Below are positions 17,244 to 25,551 of a DNA stretch of 40,254 nucleotides, piece after piece. Source of the stretch: Planctomycetota bacterium (lineage in GTDB: Bacteria > Planctomycetota > UBA1135); NCBI GenBank assembly GCA_022447335.1, contig JAKVCF010000002.1, positions 1 through 40,254 on the forward strand. Direction: 5' to 3'. A program made the translations under genes and the position numbers. Positions within the stretch are counted from its first letter, which is position 1. Every line of letters starts with the position of its first letter. The notes below the pieces were generated by a model. It saw only the letters and a program-made list of their open reading frames with translations, made no database searches and was not told the DNA's origin.

Positions 17244-18347
17244 CTACGCACCAACCGACTCGGATCCGGCCTGTTCCGCTTTCCAGGCCTGCACTTCCTC
17301 GTAAAGCGCGTCGACCATATCGGCTTCCGGCACGATACGCACCTGTTCGCCATTACGGTAGAGAATGCCCTTCCCACCGCCGCCAGCAATACCTATATCA
17401 GCCTCACTGGCTTCGCCTGGACCATTCACCACGCAACCAAGCACCGCTATCTTCACTGGCGCATTTTCACCTTCGAGCTTCTCGTCGAGATCGTTCATCA
17501 ACTTCTCAAGGTCGATTTCAATGCGCCCACAAGTTGGGCAAGAAATCAGCTCGGGACTAGTAACGCGCGCACCTGTGGCCTTCAAAATATCAAAGGCCAC
17601 CGGAATCTCGAGCACCGGATCTGAGGTCAACGAGACGCGAATGGTGTCGCCAATGCCATCAAAAAGCAGTGGCGCTAGGCCTGCCGCCGACTTGGTACTG
17701 CCATAGCCTGGTCGGCCAGCCTCGGTCACACCAAGGTGCAGCGGGATATCTGACTCCCCTGCAAACTTCCGGTTCGCGTCGATCACCGTGCGAGTATCGG
17801 TCGACTTCAGCGATACCACGAGGTTGTGAAAGCCCATTTCTTCGACCGTGGCGCAATGGCGCAAGGCCGACTCGACCATGGCATCCGGTGAGGGCCAACC
17901 ATACTTCTCGAGCAGGTCCTTCTCGACCGATCCTGAGTTGACACCAATGCGCATCGCAATGCCAGCCTGCTGCGCTTCCTTAACGACTTCGCGCACCCGG
18001 TCTAAGCTCCCAATATTTCCCGGGTTGAGGCGCACCTTGTCGACTCCAGCTTCGATCGCACGCAATGCCATGCGGTGCGTAAAGTGGATATCAGCGACCA
18101 GCGGGATCGGACAGTTCGCCCGGATATCTGGGAGGGCATCGGCAGCCCGGTCGTGGTTGACCGTGACGCGCACGATTTCACAACCAGCTTCAGCCAGCCG
18201 CTCGATCTGCTCGATCGTAGCTCGGGCATCAGCGGTTTCGGTACAGGTCATGGACTGCACACGAATCGGATGGCCGGAGCCAACCTTCAGATTGCCAATC
18301 GTGACCTCGCGAGTTTCGCGGCGAGACATCTCGATATTGTAGGTCAT
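17244..18347 (-). CDS. ispG: 4-hydroxy-3-methylbut-2-en-1-yl diphosphate synthase
   Basis: The segment TREVTIGNLKVGSGHPIRVQSMTCT...EIVRVTV and the C-terminal CPTCGR plus GCVVNGPGE cluster motifs match IspG/GcpE. The start is the ATG at 18347 (MTYNIEMS...) or at 18329 (MSRRETRE...). The ORF-track extension to 18608 looks non-coding. Confidence 0.9.
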   Translation of the reverse strand: MTYNIEMSRRETREVTIGNLKVGSGHPIRVQSMTCTETADARATIEQIERLAEAGCEIVRVTVNHDRAADALPDIRANCPIPLVADIHFTHRMALRAIEAGVDKVRLNPGNIGSLDRVREVVKEAQQAGIAMRIGVNSGSVEKDLLEKYGWPSPDAMVESALRHCATVEEMGFHNLVVSLKSTDTRTVIDANRKFAGESDIPLHLGVTEAGRPGYGSTKSAAGLAPLLFDGIGDTIRVSLTSDPVLEIPVAFDILKATGARVTSPELISCPTCGRIEIDLEKLMNDLDEKLEGENAPVKIAVLGCVVNGPGEASEADIGIAGGGGKGILYRNGEQVRIVPEADMVDALYEEVQAWKAEQAGSESVGA

Positions 18348-19239
18348 GCTTCGGCATAGCTCTCTCCTCACAGCCCTGATCATGGCGGCCTCCTGCTCGC
18401 TCTTCTCCTCCAGCGACTCAGCCGGCCCGCTCCGCCTCGCCCTGATAGCCGACTGCCAGTTCGCCGACGTCGAAGCGCGCGGCATACGCCTGTATCGCCA
18501 AGCCTCCACCAAGCTCCAGGAAGCCGTCGACACGCTGGCCCCACTCGCCCCGGACGCACTGGTCCACCTCGGCGACTTCATCGACAAGGACTGGGAATCT
18601 TTCGACATCGTGGCCCCGATCCTGGGTGCGATGCCCTGCCCGGTCTACCACGTACTCGGCAACCACGACTTCGAGGTCGCCGATGAGCACAAGCTCGCTG
18701 TGCCGCGTCGGCTAGGACTCGATGCCCGTTACGCTAGAGTTGACCTACCAGGAGGCTGGCGCTTACTGATTCTGGACGGCAACGACTTCAGCTACTCGGC
18801 TTGGCCAGAGGACCATCCGCGCGCAGAAGCCTCGCGCCGCTTCCACCGCGAGGTGAGCCCGGACTCGCCGCCTTGGAATGGTGGCATCGGACCCGAACAG
18901 ATGCAGTGGTTGCGCAATGAACTGCGATCTGCAGAAGATCACGGCACTTCGACCTTGGTCGCCTGCCACTTTCCTCTTTGGCCAGACGATGCTCACAACC
19001 TCTGGAATGCGGCGGAAGTCCGTGAACTTCTCTGCGATCACAGCTGCGTGAAGCTGTACTTAAGTGGGCACAACCACGCCGGCGCCTACGCCGAGCGCGA
19101 GGCCCTGCCTTTCCTAACACTGGAAGGCATGCTCGACACCGAGGAAAACGCTTTTGCTCTACTTGAGCTGCACGGCAACAACGCCAAGCTAACCGGTTGG
19201 GGCCGCGCAACTAGCCGAAAAATGCGGCTACGTGAATGA
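18346..19239 (+). CDS. calcineurin-like metallophosphoesterase with signal peptide (ADPRibase-Mn-like)
   Basis: It carries the motifs LALIADCQFAD, HLGDFID, LGNHDF, ACHFPL and SGHNHAG. The hydrophobic N-terminus is MLRHSSLLTALIMAASC. Confidence 0.8.
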   Translation: MLRHSSLLTALIMAASCSLFSSSDSAGPLRLALIADCQFADVEARGIRLYRQASTKLQEAVDTLAPLAPDALVHLGDFIDKDWESFDIVAPILGAMPCPVYHVLGNHDFEVADEHKLAVPRRLGLDARYARVDLPGGWRLLILDGNDFSYSAWPEDHPRAEASRRFHREVSPDSPPWNGGIGPEQMQWLRNELRSAEDHGTSTLVACHFPLWPDDAHNLWNAAEVRELLCDHSCVKLYLSGHNHAGAYAEREALPFLTLEGMLDTEENAFALLELHGNNAKLTGWGRATSRKMRLRE

Positions 19240-19261
19240 GAGTGAATGAGAACCTGCGTAA

Positions 19262-20218
19262 TCAGGTGCGCAACGCTTCGTCGAAGTAGCTCTGCTCAAG
19301 CAAATAATCTTCGCGATAAGCCGTCGCAAGAAAGCGTAACAAGCGCGTCGGCGCCGCGAGTGTGGCCTCACCACTCCGATAGGAGCGAATGGACTCGCGC
19401 ACCTCTTCTTTTTCCGCCGAACGCAGTGAGTGCTTAAAGAATCCTGCCATGTGGTCGAGAACATTCTGGTGTGTGCCGCGAGTTGGGCGTTGGGCAATGC
19501 ACCGTAGGTATAAATCCTGATATTCCTCTGCAAATTTCTCCGCCTCCAGATCGGAGATCGAAGCGACAAGCTGACCGAGCGCGCGATACATCTCCACATT
19601 ATGTGCGAGCAAAAAAAACTTCTCACGCGTATGAAAGTCGACAACGTCTCCGCGCCTCCATAGCCCATCTTCGAACAGCAGTCGCAATCGTCGCACCGCA
19701 CGCACGCGGCCAAAAAAGTGTGCTTTCAGATGCGGGTCGTTGAGCCTCCCATCTTCTTCCAAGGGAAGCCAGGGCAAGCGCGCGCGCAAAGCTTCCGTGA
19801 AAAACCCGTCGCGTGAGCGATGAGTAGGTCCACCGTCTTTGTAGATCTTGACGCGCTCCATCCCGCAGCTGGGCGAACCTTTCGTAAGCACAAATCCGTG
19901 CAACCTCTCGTTGGCAAGCTCTTCAGCCTTCTCCTGTGCCCACGCCATCATGGCTTCGGTATGGTCCGCCCCCGAGTCCGTTTCGACTAGGCGGTCCCCC
20001 TGCTCGCTGGCGACAATGCGAATGGTCGGCCGCGGGGCGCCCATACCGATCCCCATCTCGGGGCAGACTGCAATCCAGTCAACGCGCTCGGTGAGCTCAC
20101 GCGTTAGAAGCCGGCTCTCCTTTGCCTGTGCGTTGTAGCGCACTGGGGCCCCAAGTAAGCACATTGAGACGCCAAGTCGGAGCGGGCGCTCCGAGATTGA
20201 TGGCAGCGGCCAGACCAT
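19262..20218 (-). CDS. DUF523 (TudS-like [4Fe-4S] thiouracil desulfidase) fused to DUF1722 (YbgA-like)
   Basis: The three Cys motifs characteristic of DUF523/TudS are present: VSMCLLGAPVRY, VCPEMGIG and GSPSCG. The C-terminal half (HTREKFFLLAHN...YRALGQLVA) resembles DUF1722. It starts 9 nt after the carH-like gene stop. Confidence 0.8.
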   Translation of the reverse strand: MVWPLPSISERPLRLGVSMCLLGAPVRYNAQAKESRLLTRELTERVDWIAVCPEMGIGMGAPRPTIRIVASEQGDRLVETDSGADHTEAMMAWAQEKAEELANERLHGFVLTKGSPSCGMERVKIYKDGGPTHRSRDGFFTEALRARLPWLPLEEDGRLNDPHLKAHFFGRVRAVRRLRLLFEDGLWRRGDVVDFHTREKFFLLAHNVEMYRALGQLVASISDLEAEKFAEEYQDLYLRCIAQRPTRGTHQNVLDHMAGFFKHSLRSAEKEEVRESIRSYRSGEATLAAPTRLLRFLATAYREDYLLEQSYFDEALRT

Positions 20219-20227
20219 CAGATCAAC

Positions 20228-21169
20228 TTAATCCTGCTGATCAAATGGCCTTATTCCGTATTCGGACTGCATCCATAACTCGAGCTCCGCCAAGGTCGGC
20301 AAGTACACCACATCCCGCACGCCGCGGCGAGCGCGCCGTGCCCCACTCCCTCCGATCAGCAAAGTGGTCTTTGGATGCAGCTCGCGGCGGAGTGAAGAGA
20401 TAACGCGATCGGTCGCCGGACCGCCCGACGCAGTCGACACACTGATCGCGACTGGTGACCGCGGCACCTCTTTCGAAACGCGCACAATTTCATCAACCGG
20501 GAGGTCCACGCCCAGCAACACCGGCTCTCGCTCATACAACGCGACCAATAAGGCCACCAGCTGCAGCCCCAGCCCATGTCGCTCACCGGCTAGAGTCGCA
20601 AGAATGACGCGATCCGATTCAGCAATATTGCGATCAGTCGCACTAACCTGCCCGCGGAATCCACGCAGTAAATCCTGTAGCACTTCGGTGAGTTGGTGCT
20701 CCTGCGCAATGGTCAATCGATCTTCTTGCCATGCACGTCCGACTTCGTGAATGAGGGGCACGACCGCATCAAAAATGGTGGTGCGCGCACCGCGGTTATG
20801 CCAGCAACGCTTCAGTTCTTCAGCTAGCGAAACGCTATCGCTGGCATAGACCATGTCCATCAGCTGGCCTACTAGCGGCCCCAAGTCGGATCCGGGCTGA
20901 CGCTGGGTGAGCTGCTCGAGCTCTTCACCTTCCAGTTTGAGCACCTTCCCCGGGCGATGGCCGTTCGCAAGAGCCTCGGCCACGCAACGCAGCCAAACCA
21001 CCTGCTCCTGGGTATAGCGCCGGTGACCTGATGCCAAGCGCACCGCCTGCGGCTTACCGTAGCGGCGCTCCCAAACACGAATTGTGTGAGGCGATAAACC
21101 AGTGGTCTCACCTACCTCCCCAATGGAAAAAAGGCTCCCGGGATCCATGTTTGCCCCTGAATCGACCAT
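20228..21169 (-). CDS. carH: MerR-family, cobalamin-binding light-responsive regulator (CarH/LitR class I-like)
   Basis: The MerR HTH is FSIGEVGETTGLSPHTIRVWERRYG. A helical-bundle Wx9EH signature (AWQEDRLTIAQEH) and the B12 lower-ligand motif ExHxxG (GERHGLG) are present, followed by a Rossmann-like segment. An alternative start is the ATG at 21148. Confidence 0.8.
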   Translation of the reverse strand: MVDSGANMDPGSLFSIGEVGETTGLSPHTIRVWERRYGKPQAVRLASGHRRYTQEQVVWLRCVAEALANGHRPGKVLKLEGEELEQLTQRQPGSDLGPLVGQLMDMVYASDSVSLAEELKRCWHNRGARTTIFDAVVPLIHEVGRAWQEDRLTIAQEHQLTEVLQDLLRGFRGQVSATDRNIAESDRVILATLAGERHGLGLQLVALLVALYEREPVLLGVDLPVDEIVRVSKEVPRSPVAISVSTASGGPATDRVISSLRRELHPKTTLLIGGSGARRARRGVRDVVYLPTLAELELWMQSEYGIRPFDQQD

Positions 21170-21193
21170 ATGACTAGATTATAACCTCAACAG
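21170..21193. promoter_or_regulatory. 24-bp divergent carH/photolyase control region with overlapping -10-like boxes
   Basis: The minus strand reads TATAAT (21183->21178), 8 nt before the ATG at 21169. The plus strand reads TATAAC (21180-21185), 8 nt before the ATG at 21194. Both start codons are symmetric about the TTATAA core (21179-21184). I recognised no convincing -35 element. Confidence 0.45.
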
Positions 21194-22690
21194 ATGCCAG
21201 CCCCATGCGAACTTCGCCGGCGGGTCCTGTGCGACCTCCCACCACACCCTGAGAGCCAATACATCCTGTACTGGCTGACGGCAACGCGCCGACTGGAACG
21301 AAACCACGCTCTGGACCAGGCCCTTGATTGGTGCACGAAGCTAAATAAGCCATTAGTAATCCTGGAATCACTGCGCAGCGACTACCGCTGGTCATGCCCC
21401 CGCCACCACCGCGTCCTACTTGACGCAATGGCCGAGCACATCGCCGCGATTGATCCGTGCAAGATCCGCTACTACCCCTATGTAGAACACGAAGCCGGTG
21501 CAGGCAAGGGACTACTCGCGGCAATGGCTCAGGATGCTGCAGTGGTCGTCACTGACCGCCATCCGGGTTTCCATTTTCCAGCCATGCTAGAAGCTGCGCG
21601 CAAGCAGCTGAAGGTGCGCTTCGAGGTAGTCGAAAGTGTCGGCCTACTACCACTCGATGTCGCGCCCGGCCCCCTGCCTAGTGCTTATGTCCTACGCCGC
21701 CGCATGCAAAAGAACCTAGCGAACTGGCTGGGGCGTACCGCTGCAGATGACCCCCTCACGGCCTATACCTGGGGGCGCGCCAAAATCCGTCCGCAGATTG
21801 AAGCTCGTTGGCCGGAAGCTACTACAGAAGAGCTCGCACCCGCCATGCGGCTCGAATCGAAGATCCCGCTCGCATACGAAGTACCCGTTACTAACTGGTG
21901 CGGCGGCACCCGACCAGCGCGGGCCTTACTCGACCGCTTCATCGAGGAGCAACTGCCCCGTTACGGAGAGCGCCGAATGGAAGCAACTCCAACAAGTGGG
22001 CTTTCAATGGCCTTGCATTACGGTTTCCTCTGCCCGTCGACAATACTCGACGCCACGCTAGCTTCCAGTGACACCAGCCGCGCCCATATCCTTCCTGAAC
22101 TGGCCAAGCGAGCCAATCTTTCACGTGGATCCCGCGCAGGCTGGTGGGGACTATCGGAGCAGGTTGAAACCTTCCTCGATCAACTCGTAACTTGGCGCGA
22201 ATTAGGTCATCGATTCGCCGACCAAAACCCTGACTGTGAGCGCTATGGGAGCCAACCAAGCTGGGCTGTAGCTACTCTCGATTCACACCGTGCGGACGCG
22301 CGCGAGTTCGCGTACACACGTGAGCAGTTTGAGCAGGCCCGCACCCATGACCCACTTTGGAATGCCGCACAACGCTGCCTTGTCCGTGAGGGTTGGATGC
22401 CCAACTATTTACGCATGCTCTGGGGCAAGAATCTGCTGACCTGGAGTCAGGATCCCGAAGAGGCTTGGGAACTCCTCTTCCATCTCAATAACCTCTATGC
22501 CTTAGACGGCCGCGATCCCAACTCCATGCGCGGGATTACCTGGGTCTTTGGCCGCTTCGACCGCCCTTTCGGCCCCGAGCGCCCCGTCACTGGCAAGCTG
22601 CGCCCGATGAGTTCAGTGAACACCAAGCGGAAAATGGCTCTGGGCGAATTTTTAGACCGTTTTAACAAAGTTGAGCGCCTGTTTAGCTAG
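21194..22690 (+). CDS. phr: deoxyribodipyrimidine photolyase, class II-like
   Basis: The C-terminal FAD-domain pattern GWMPNYLRMLWGKNLL...LNNLYALDGRDPNSMRGITWVFG...GKLRPMS...KRK parallels class II CPD photolyases. The N-terminal YILYWLTATRRLERNHAL is a diverged version of the YWMxRDQRxxDNWAL region. Confidence 0.8.
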   Translation: MPAPCELRRRVLCDLPPHPESQYILYWLTATRRLERNHALDQALDWCTKLNKPLVILESLRSDYRWSCPRHHRVLLDAMAEHIAAIDPCKIRYYPYVEHEAGAGKGLLAAMAQDAAVVVTDRHPGFHFPAMLEAARKQLKVRFEVVESVGLLPLDVAPGPLPSAYVLRRRMQKNLANWLGRTAADDPLTAYTWGRAKIRPQIEARWPEATTEELAPAMRLESKIPLAYEVPVTNWCGGTRPARALLDRFIEEQLPRYGERRMEATPTSGLSMALHYGFLCPSTILDATLASSDTSRAHILPELAKRANLSRGSRAGWWGLSEQVETFLDQLVTWRELGHRFADQNPDCERYGSQPSWAVATLDSHRADAREFAYTREQFEQARTHDPLWNAAQRCLVREGWMPNYLRMLWGKNLLTWSQDPEEAWELLFHLNNLYALDGRDPNSMRGITWVFGRFDRPFGPERPVTGKLRPMSSVNTKRKMALGEFLDRFNKVERLFS

Positions 22691-22698
22691 GCGACGAT

Positions 22699-22746
22699 TT
22701 GCGTGATATTGACTCTGCCCCTAAATTCGCTGCCCCAAAATTTAGG
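22699..22746 (+). promoter_or_regulatory. candidate sigma70-like promoter (TTGCGT-17-TAAATT) overlapped by an 8-bp inverted repeat
   Basis: TTGCGT lies at 22699-22704 and TAAATT at 22722-22727, with a 17-nt spacer. The inverted repeat is CCTAAATT (22720-22727) and AATTTAGG (22739-22746). It sits between the photolyase stop (22690) and the DUF1295 ATG (22752). Confidence 0.3.
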
Positions 22747-22751
22747 CAACT

Positions 22752-23573
22752 ATGAAACTCTCGTTTCTACCTCACAGCGTCCCAATCGTAGCCATGCCAT
22801 GGGAACACTATTTCTGGGCAGGCGCGCTGCTCGCCATCGGATTCGCGCTTCTATGGGGCGGCCTTGGCCGCGCCGGGCGCAGCGGTTGGGCGGACTTCGC
22901 CTGGGCCGTTGCAATCGGCGTGAGCGCCGCAGTCTTAGCGGAGTTGGGAAATGGCTGGGCCTACCGGAAAGTCGTGGTGGCAGCACTTGCTCTTGTCTGG
23001 GCAAGTCGACTAGCAGTTCACCTTGGCAAGCGCCTCGCTCATGAAGGAGAAGACGGCCGATATCTGGCGATGGCCGCTCGGCTTGGCGCCAGTTATCGCA
23101 CCTTCATGCTGGGATTCTTTCTCCTACAGGCTTTCATGGCTTGGGTATTCACTCTGCCCTTCTTCGTGCTGGCTCAAGATCCCACCGAAAACTTTCGAGC
23201 CATAGAGCTGCTCGGCCTTGGCCTTTGGCTGATAAGCCTCGCTGGCAACAACCTGGCAGACCGTCAGCTAGTTGCTTGGAAAGCCGACCCAGCAAACCAA
23301 GGCAAAACCTGCCGCAGTGGACTGTGGGCTTGGTCGCGTCACCCTAACTACTTTTTTGAGTGGTTAATCTGGTGCGCATACCCAGTCATGGCCATTGGCA
23401 CCGACGGCCTCATCTGGGCCGCTGGCGTCGCTGCCTTCATGTTCATAATGGTGCGCTTCGTCTCAGGCGTGCCCTTCACCGAGCAGCAGGCAGTGCGCAG
23501 TCGCGGTGACGACTATCGACGCTATCAGGAAAGCGTCTCGCCATTCTTCCCTCTCCCCCCCAAATCTTCCTGA
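22752..23573 (+). CDS. DUF1295 family membrane protein (steroid 5-alpha-reductase/ICMT-like fold)
   Basis: It has WSRHPNYFFEWLIW and a multi-pass membrane profile. An alternative start is at 22794. Its stop overlaps the next ATG by 1 nt (TGATG). Confidence 0.7.
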   Translation: MKLSFLPHSVPIVAMPWEHYFWAGALLAIGFALLWGGLGRAGRSGWADFAWAVAIGVSAAVLAELGNGWAYRKVVVAALALVWASRLAVHLGKRLAHEGEDGRYLAMAARLGASYRTFMLGFFLLQAFMAWVFTLPFFVLAQDPTENFRAIELLGLGLWLISLAGNNLADRQLVAWKADPANQGKTCRSGLWAWSRHPNYFFEWLIWCAYPVMAIGTDGLIWAAGVAAFMFIMVRFVSGVPFTEQQAVRSRGDDYRRYQESVSPFFPLPPKSS

Positions 23574-24601
23574 TGAGTACTCCGATCCAACTGGCTGAGC
23601 GCGGTCTGGTCCCTGAGTTTGCAATCCGCTGGGGCATTCGTCGCTTATTGCGCGACCGAATCCGCGAAGAAACCGCCCGCCTCTCGTCCGGCCGCGAACT
23701 CGCGCTGCAGAACTGGGTTGAGCAAATGCGTAGCAGCCAAGTGGCGCTGCACACGGGCGCAGCAAACGAACAGCACTACGAGGTCCCGCCGGACTTCTTC
23801 GAAGAATGCTTGGGCGGGCATCTTAAATACAGCTCGTGCTACTACACCACAGGGCACGAGTCGCTTACGGAGGCTGAGGCGGCCATGCTCGCGCTGACCA
23901 GTGAGCGCGCCCGTCTAGCAAACGGGCTCGACATACTTGAACTAGGCTGTGGTTGGGGATCGCTGTCTCTATGGATGGCCAAACACTACCCAATGAGCCG
24001 AATCACCTCGGTGTCAAATTCTGCCCCACAGCGCGAATTCATCGCAGCGCGCGCAGCTGAACGCGGCCTGACCAACCTCCAAGTCATCACTGCCGATGCG
24101 AATACATTCGAACCAGACAGTACATACGATCGCATTGTGTCCGTGGAAATGTTCGAGCACATGCGCAACTGGGAACAGCTGCTTGGCCGTGCATATGGCT
24201 GGTTGCGCGCTGGAGGGAAGATGTTCCTCCACGTCTTTTCACATAAGAGCTACTGCTATCCATTCGAGGTAGAGGGTGATAACAACTGGATGGGGCGGTC
24301 CTTCTTCACCGGGGGCATGATGCCTAGCCACGATCTGCTAGACCACCTCGACATCCCCTTTGAGCTCGAAGAGCGATGGGAAATCAATGGTCGCCACTAT
24401 GCGCAGACCTCGGAACACTGGCTCGAAAATCTGAACAACTGCCGCACAAAGCTGATGCCAGTGCTCGCAAACACCTACGGGCCAGAAAATGCCAAGCGAT
24501 GGTTTCACCGCTGGCGCATATTCTTCCTCGCTTGCGCCGAACTATTCGCTTATGACCAGGGCAATGCTTGGCAAGTGACACATCATCTTCTGAAAAAATG
24601 A
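23573..24601 (+). CDS. SAM-dependent methyltransferase, cyclopropane-fatty-acyl-phospholipid synthase family (short form)
   Basis: It carries HYEVPPDFFEECLGGHLKYSSCYY, the SAM motif ILELGCGWGS and SVEMFEHM. It has an ATGA overlap with the desaturase gene. Confidence 0.8.
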   Translation: MSTPIQLAERGLVPEFAIRWGIRRLLRDRIREETARLSSGRELALQNWVEQMRSSQVALHTGAANEQHYEVPPDFFEECLGGHLKYSSCYYTTGHESLTEAEAAMLALTSERARLANGLDILELGCGWGSLSLWMAKHYPMSRITSVSNSAPQREFIAARAAERGLTNLQVITADANTFEPDSTYDRIVSVEMFEHMRNWEQLLGRAYGWLRAGGKMFLHVFSHKSYCYPFEVEGDNNWMGRSFFTGGMMPSHDLLDHLDIPFELEERWEINGRHYAQTSEHWLENLNNCRTKLMPVLANTYGPENAKRWFHRWRIFFLACAELFAYDQGNAWQVTHHLLKK

Positions 24602-25551
24602 AGTCGGCTTCACAAGCGATCGTACGGTGGTTTGACTCCTGGGCAGGCGTTGATGAATCACACGACCTGCGCAATGAAATAGACTGGACGCGCGTCCTTC
24701 CCTTCATTGGCATGCACCTCGCGTGCATCGCCATAATATGGGTCGGCGTTAGCTCGGCGGCAGTTACCGTCGCGATCGGCGGGTACTTCCTGCGCATGTT
24801 TGCGATCACAGGCTTCTATCATCGCTACTTTAGTCACCGCGCCTTTGAGACCTCACGCCTGGTTCAGTTCTTGGGCGGTTTTCTCGGAGCGACCTCGACC
24901 CAACGTGGACCCCTATGGTGGGCGGCACATCACCGCTTACACCATCGCCACTCGGATGAACCTGCCGACGCTCACTCGCCAATCCAGCACAGCCTTCTGA
25001 CTAGTCATGTGGGCTGGTTTTTAAACACGGCAAACTTCCGCACGCGCACTGAACAGGTACCTGACCTGATGAAGTTCCCCGAATTGCGCCTGCTCGATCG
25101 CTTTGATGTGCTAGCTCCGGCTATCTATGCCGCGGGCTGCCTTCTACTGGGCCGCGCACTCGAAACGTGGGCACCCAACCTTGGCACGAACGGGCCGCAG
25201 ATGCTGGTGTGGGGATTTTTTGTATCGACTGTGGCCCTGTACCACGGCACCTTCACAATCAACTCACTCGCACACCTCTGGGGAAAACGTCGTTATAAGA
25301 CGGAAGACGACAGTCGCAATAACTGGCTTCTTTCGATAATCACGCTCGGCGAAGGGTGGCACAACAACCATCACTACCACCCCGGATCCGCCCGCCAAGG
25401 TTTCCGCTGGTGGGAATTCGATCCGACGTGGTACGCGCTAAAAGTGTTTGAAAAAATGGGGGTTATCTGGAATGTCCGCGGCGTACCAAAACGAGTGATA
25501 CATGCCGGGAAGCTCGCGCGTAAATCGAACCACCAGAAGAGGGCTACCTAA
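24598..25551 (+). CDS. membrane fatty-acid desaturase (Delta9/stearoyl-CoA desaturase family)
   Basis: Three His boxes are present: HRYFSH, HRLHHRH and HNNHHYH. I chose the start at the ATG at 24598, overlapping the upstream stop. The stop TAA overlaps the next ATG (TAATG). Confidence 0.85.
   Translation: MKSASQAIVRWFDSWAGVDESHDLRNEIDWTRVLPFIGMHLACIAIIWVGVSSAAVTVAIGGYFLRMFAITGFYHRYFSHRAFETSRLVQFLGGFLGATSTQRGPLWWAAHHRLHHRHSDEPADAHSPIQHSLLTSHVGWFLNTANFRTRTEQVPDLMKFPELRLLDRFDVLAPAIYAAGCLLLGRALETWAPNLGTNGPQMLVWGFFVSTVALYHGTFTINSLAHLWGKRRYKTEDDSRNNWLLSIITLGEGWHNNHHYHPGSARQGFRWWEFDPTWYALKVFEKMGVIWNVRGVPKRVIHAGKLARKSNHQKRAT

Noticed and set aside
17234-17389. N-terminal extension of the sulfatase-like ORF
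   Set aside because: It overlaps the 3' end of ispG and has an Arg/Cys-rich composition. The ATG at 17233 yields a textbook Tat signal.
18348-18608. 87-codon N-terminal extension of ispG
   Set aside because: It has a Ser/Ala/Arg-rich low-complexity composition and overlaps the divergent phosphoesterase gene. IspG homology starts only around MSRRETREV.
19611-19618. A8/T8 homopolymer inside the TudS-DUF1722 gene as a phase-variation tract
   Set aside because: It is a single short tract encoding KFFL within a conserved-looking segment. Nothing suggests variability from one sequence.
21140-21200. Canonical CarH operator (tandem 11-bp nAnnTnnACAn repeats)
   Set aside because: I scanned both strands by eye and found no convincing triple repeat, so no operator is claimed. 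The binding site needs experimental definition.
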